Source: a virus. From it: a DNA stretch of 64,000 nucleotides. Under the pieces are notes generated by a model. The model worked only from the letters and a program-made list of their open reading frames with translations, had not been told where the DNA came from and searched no databases. Position numbers and translations under genes: made by a program. Where the stretch lies: positions 3,329 through 67,328 of the IMG/VR virus record IMGVR_UViG_3300032246_000393, one strand, 5' to 3'. Positions 62,732-64,000 of this stretch are shown here, piece after piece. Each line of letters begins with the position of its first letter. Within the stretch, counting starts at the first letter, position 1.

Positions 62732-63139
62732 TTGCGCACTATGCCAGCTAAAACTAAAGAACAACGAAACGCTTTAAACCGGGCTAGTTATGCTAGAAAT
62801 AAAGACCAACGGCGAAAAAGAAACCGAGAAAAAAAAGCTTCTTCCAAAGCAAAATGGCGGGAATATAAAAGTACATTATCGTGTGTACAGTGTGGACAAA
62901 ACCACCCTGCTACCCTAGACTTTCACCACATTGAAAAGCACCCTTCCAACCGTAAAGTTAACAAGTTAGTAACTAATAATGCCTATAGAAAAGCAATAGA
63001 AGAAATAAAAAAGTGTTTAGTATTATGTGCAAATTGTCACCGTATACACCACCACAATGAACGCCAAGCAAAGAAAAAGGGAGCCGAAGCTCCCTCAAAT
63101 CACTCTACTTCAACCCACTCATCTGACTCTTCGTCGTAG
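62732..63139 (+). CDS. HNH endonuclease (antisense to late operon)
   Basis: CVQCG, LDFHH, EI.KC..LCANCHR.HH. Confidence 0.85.
   Translation: MRTMPAKTKEQRNALNRASYARNKDQRRKRNREKKASSKAKWREYKSTLSCVQCGQNHPATLDFHHIEKHPSNRKVNKLVTNNAYRKAIEEIKKCLVLCANCHRIHHHNERQAKKKGAEAPSNHSTSTHSSDSSS
63071..63095 (-). terminator. intrinsic terminator after acidic protein gene
   Basis: AGGGAGC-TTCG-GCTCCCT-TTTT on - strand. Confidence 0.8.
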
Positions 63140-63381
63140 TAATAAACAACTTCGTCTTCATCAACGTACCAAACAGTGCCGTCTTCAGTAACTTCAGCCC
63201 AATCGCCCAAGTCTTCATCATAGTACCAATCAGTGCCGTCTTCATCGCAGTACCAAATAGTGCCGTCTTCATCAATGTCATACTCAGCATCGTACTCTTC
63301 ATCATGCTCTTCAAGCATCTCTAAGTCCAACGCGTCAAGCAAATCGTCCATATCAAACGCAAAAGTAATTGTTGCAATCAT
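63100..63381 (-). CDS. extremely acidic, aromatic-rich small protein
   Basis: Nearly half D/E, no K or R; repeats (D/T)EDGT.WY. Confidence 0.7.
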   Translation of the reverse strand: MIATITFAFDMDDLLDALDLEMLEEHDEEYDAEYDIDEDGTIWYCDEDGTDWYYDEDLGDWAEVTEDGTVWYVDEDEVVYYYDEESDEWVEVE

Positions 63382-63463
63382 GGTAATCTCCGTAGTTAAA
63401 AAAGCAACCCCCCACAGGGTGCAAAATCATCCTACACCACGATTATGACAGATCAAAAACGAG

Positions 63464-63667
63464 TCACATGCGCTCTAATGATTCATAAGCAAGCAACTGG
63501 CGTTTTAGTTTTTGTATTTCTTCGTCGCGGTCGTTTATTTTTTTCTGCAAACTTTCACTTAAGGCGTAGACTTCTGCAATTTTTTCAAACCGTTGCTTAT
63601 GGTCTGCCATCATCATGTTGTACAAACGCTCTGAAGCTTCAATTTGTTTTTGCATAAAATCGTGCAT
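63464..63667 (-). CDS. small coiled-coil protein
   Basis: RBS AGGTAGG; heptad pattern. Confidence 0.6.
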   Translation of the reverse strand: MHDFMQKQIEASERLYNMMMADHKQRFEKIAEVYALSESLQKKINDRDEEIQKLKRQLLAYESLERM

Positions 63668-63711
63668 AAGTACCTACCTTTGCATAAAAACGATAATATT
63701 TACTGTACAGT

Positions 63712-63736
63712 AAAAAACGGGGCCGAAGCCCCGTTT
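63712..63736 (-). terminator. terminator after major capsid gene
   Basis: AAACGGGGC-TTCG-GCCCCGTTTTTT on - strand. Confidence 0.85.
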
Positions 63737-63756
63737 ATACACCTGATTACACCCAA

Positions 63757-64000
63757 TTAGGCTGCGCCGGACGAACCGTACATACCTAGTGGATCAGACC
63801 AACCGAACGAATAACGCTCGCGGGCCTTGTAACGTACGTTACCGGTGTCGAAGTCACCGTCCATTGATGTAGCCAACTTAGTACGAACAAAGTGCTTCAT
63901 GCCGTTTGGAACGTCGGTAGTTAAATACCAGCCGTTTGTGTCGGTCAAGAAGTGATTGATCGTGTAACCACCGGGGATCGAACCGTTGTTCTTCAACGCA
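63757..64000 (-). CDS. major capsid protein, C-terminal part (Mu gpT-like family), truncated by window
   Basis: NHFLTD...W, DFDTGN.RYKARERYSFG.SD. Confidence 0.85.
   Translation of the reverse strand, partial: ALKNNGSIPGGYTINHFLTDTNGWYLTTDVPNGMKHFVRTKLATSMDGDFDTGNVRYKARERYSFGWSDPLGMYGSSGAA

Overview
The window is most of a tailed dsDNA phage genome. It has a podovirus-like layout: P22-type portal, nozzle, very large ejection proteins and no tape measure. The window begins just downstream of the portal gene and ends inside the major capsid gene, so it is probably a circularly permuted, near-complete genome (inference). There are two convergent arms. The + strand arm (about 6.0-29.1 kb) holds early and replication genes: MoxR-like AAA, VWA-metallopeptidase, DUF3150-like protein, PolA, Cas4-like nuclease, SNF2 helicase, SSB-like protein and primase-helicase. 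The - strand arm holds morphogenesis and lysis genes (64.0 to 29.2 kb, continuing with terS, terL and portal from 5.4 to 0 kb). No integrase, tRNA or CRISPR array was seen. The most striking unexplained signals are non-coding. (1) A roughly 60-nt hairpin-plus-terminator unit at the end of the early arm carries GUUAGCUCCUU, the exact reverse complement of an extended Shine-Dalgarno (AAGGAGCUAAC) shared by several early genes; it is a candidate trans-acting anti-RBS sRNA. (2) Seventeen copies of the palindrome CTAACAWTGTTAG are confined to 5.9-18.3 kb and written into genes in all three frames. (3) A gene-32-like H-type pseudoknot precedes the SSB operon. Also notable are a 2892-aa polyvalent ejection protein carrying a GHKL ATPase and two zincin motifs, a shared (F/Y/M/K)-A-x-G-G peptide tag in late proteins, and glycine-rich fibre genes each paired with a 2OG-Fe(II) oxygenase. 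All family assignments come from motif recognition by eye; no database searches were run.
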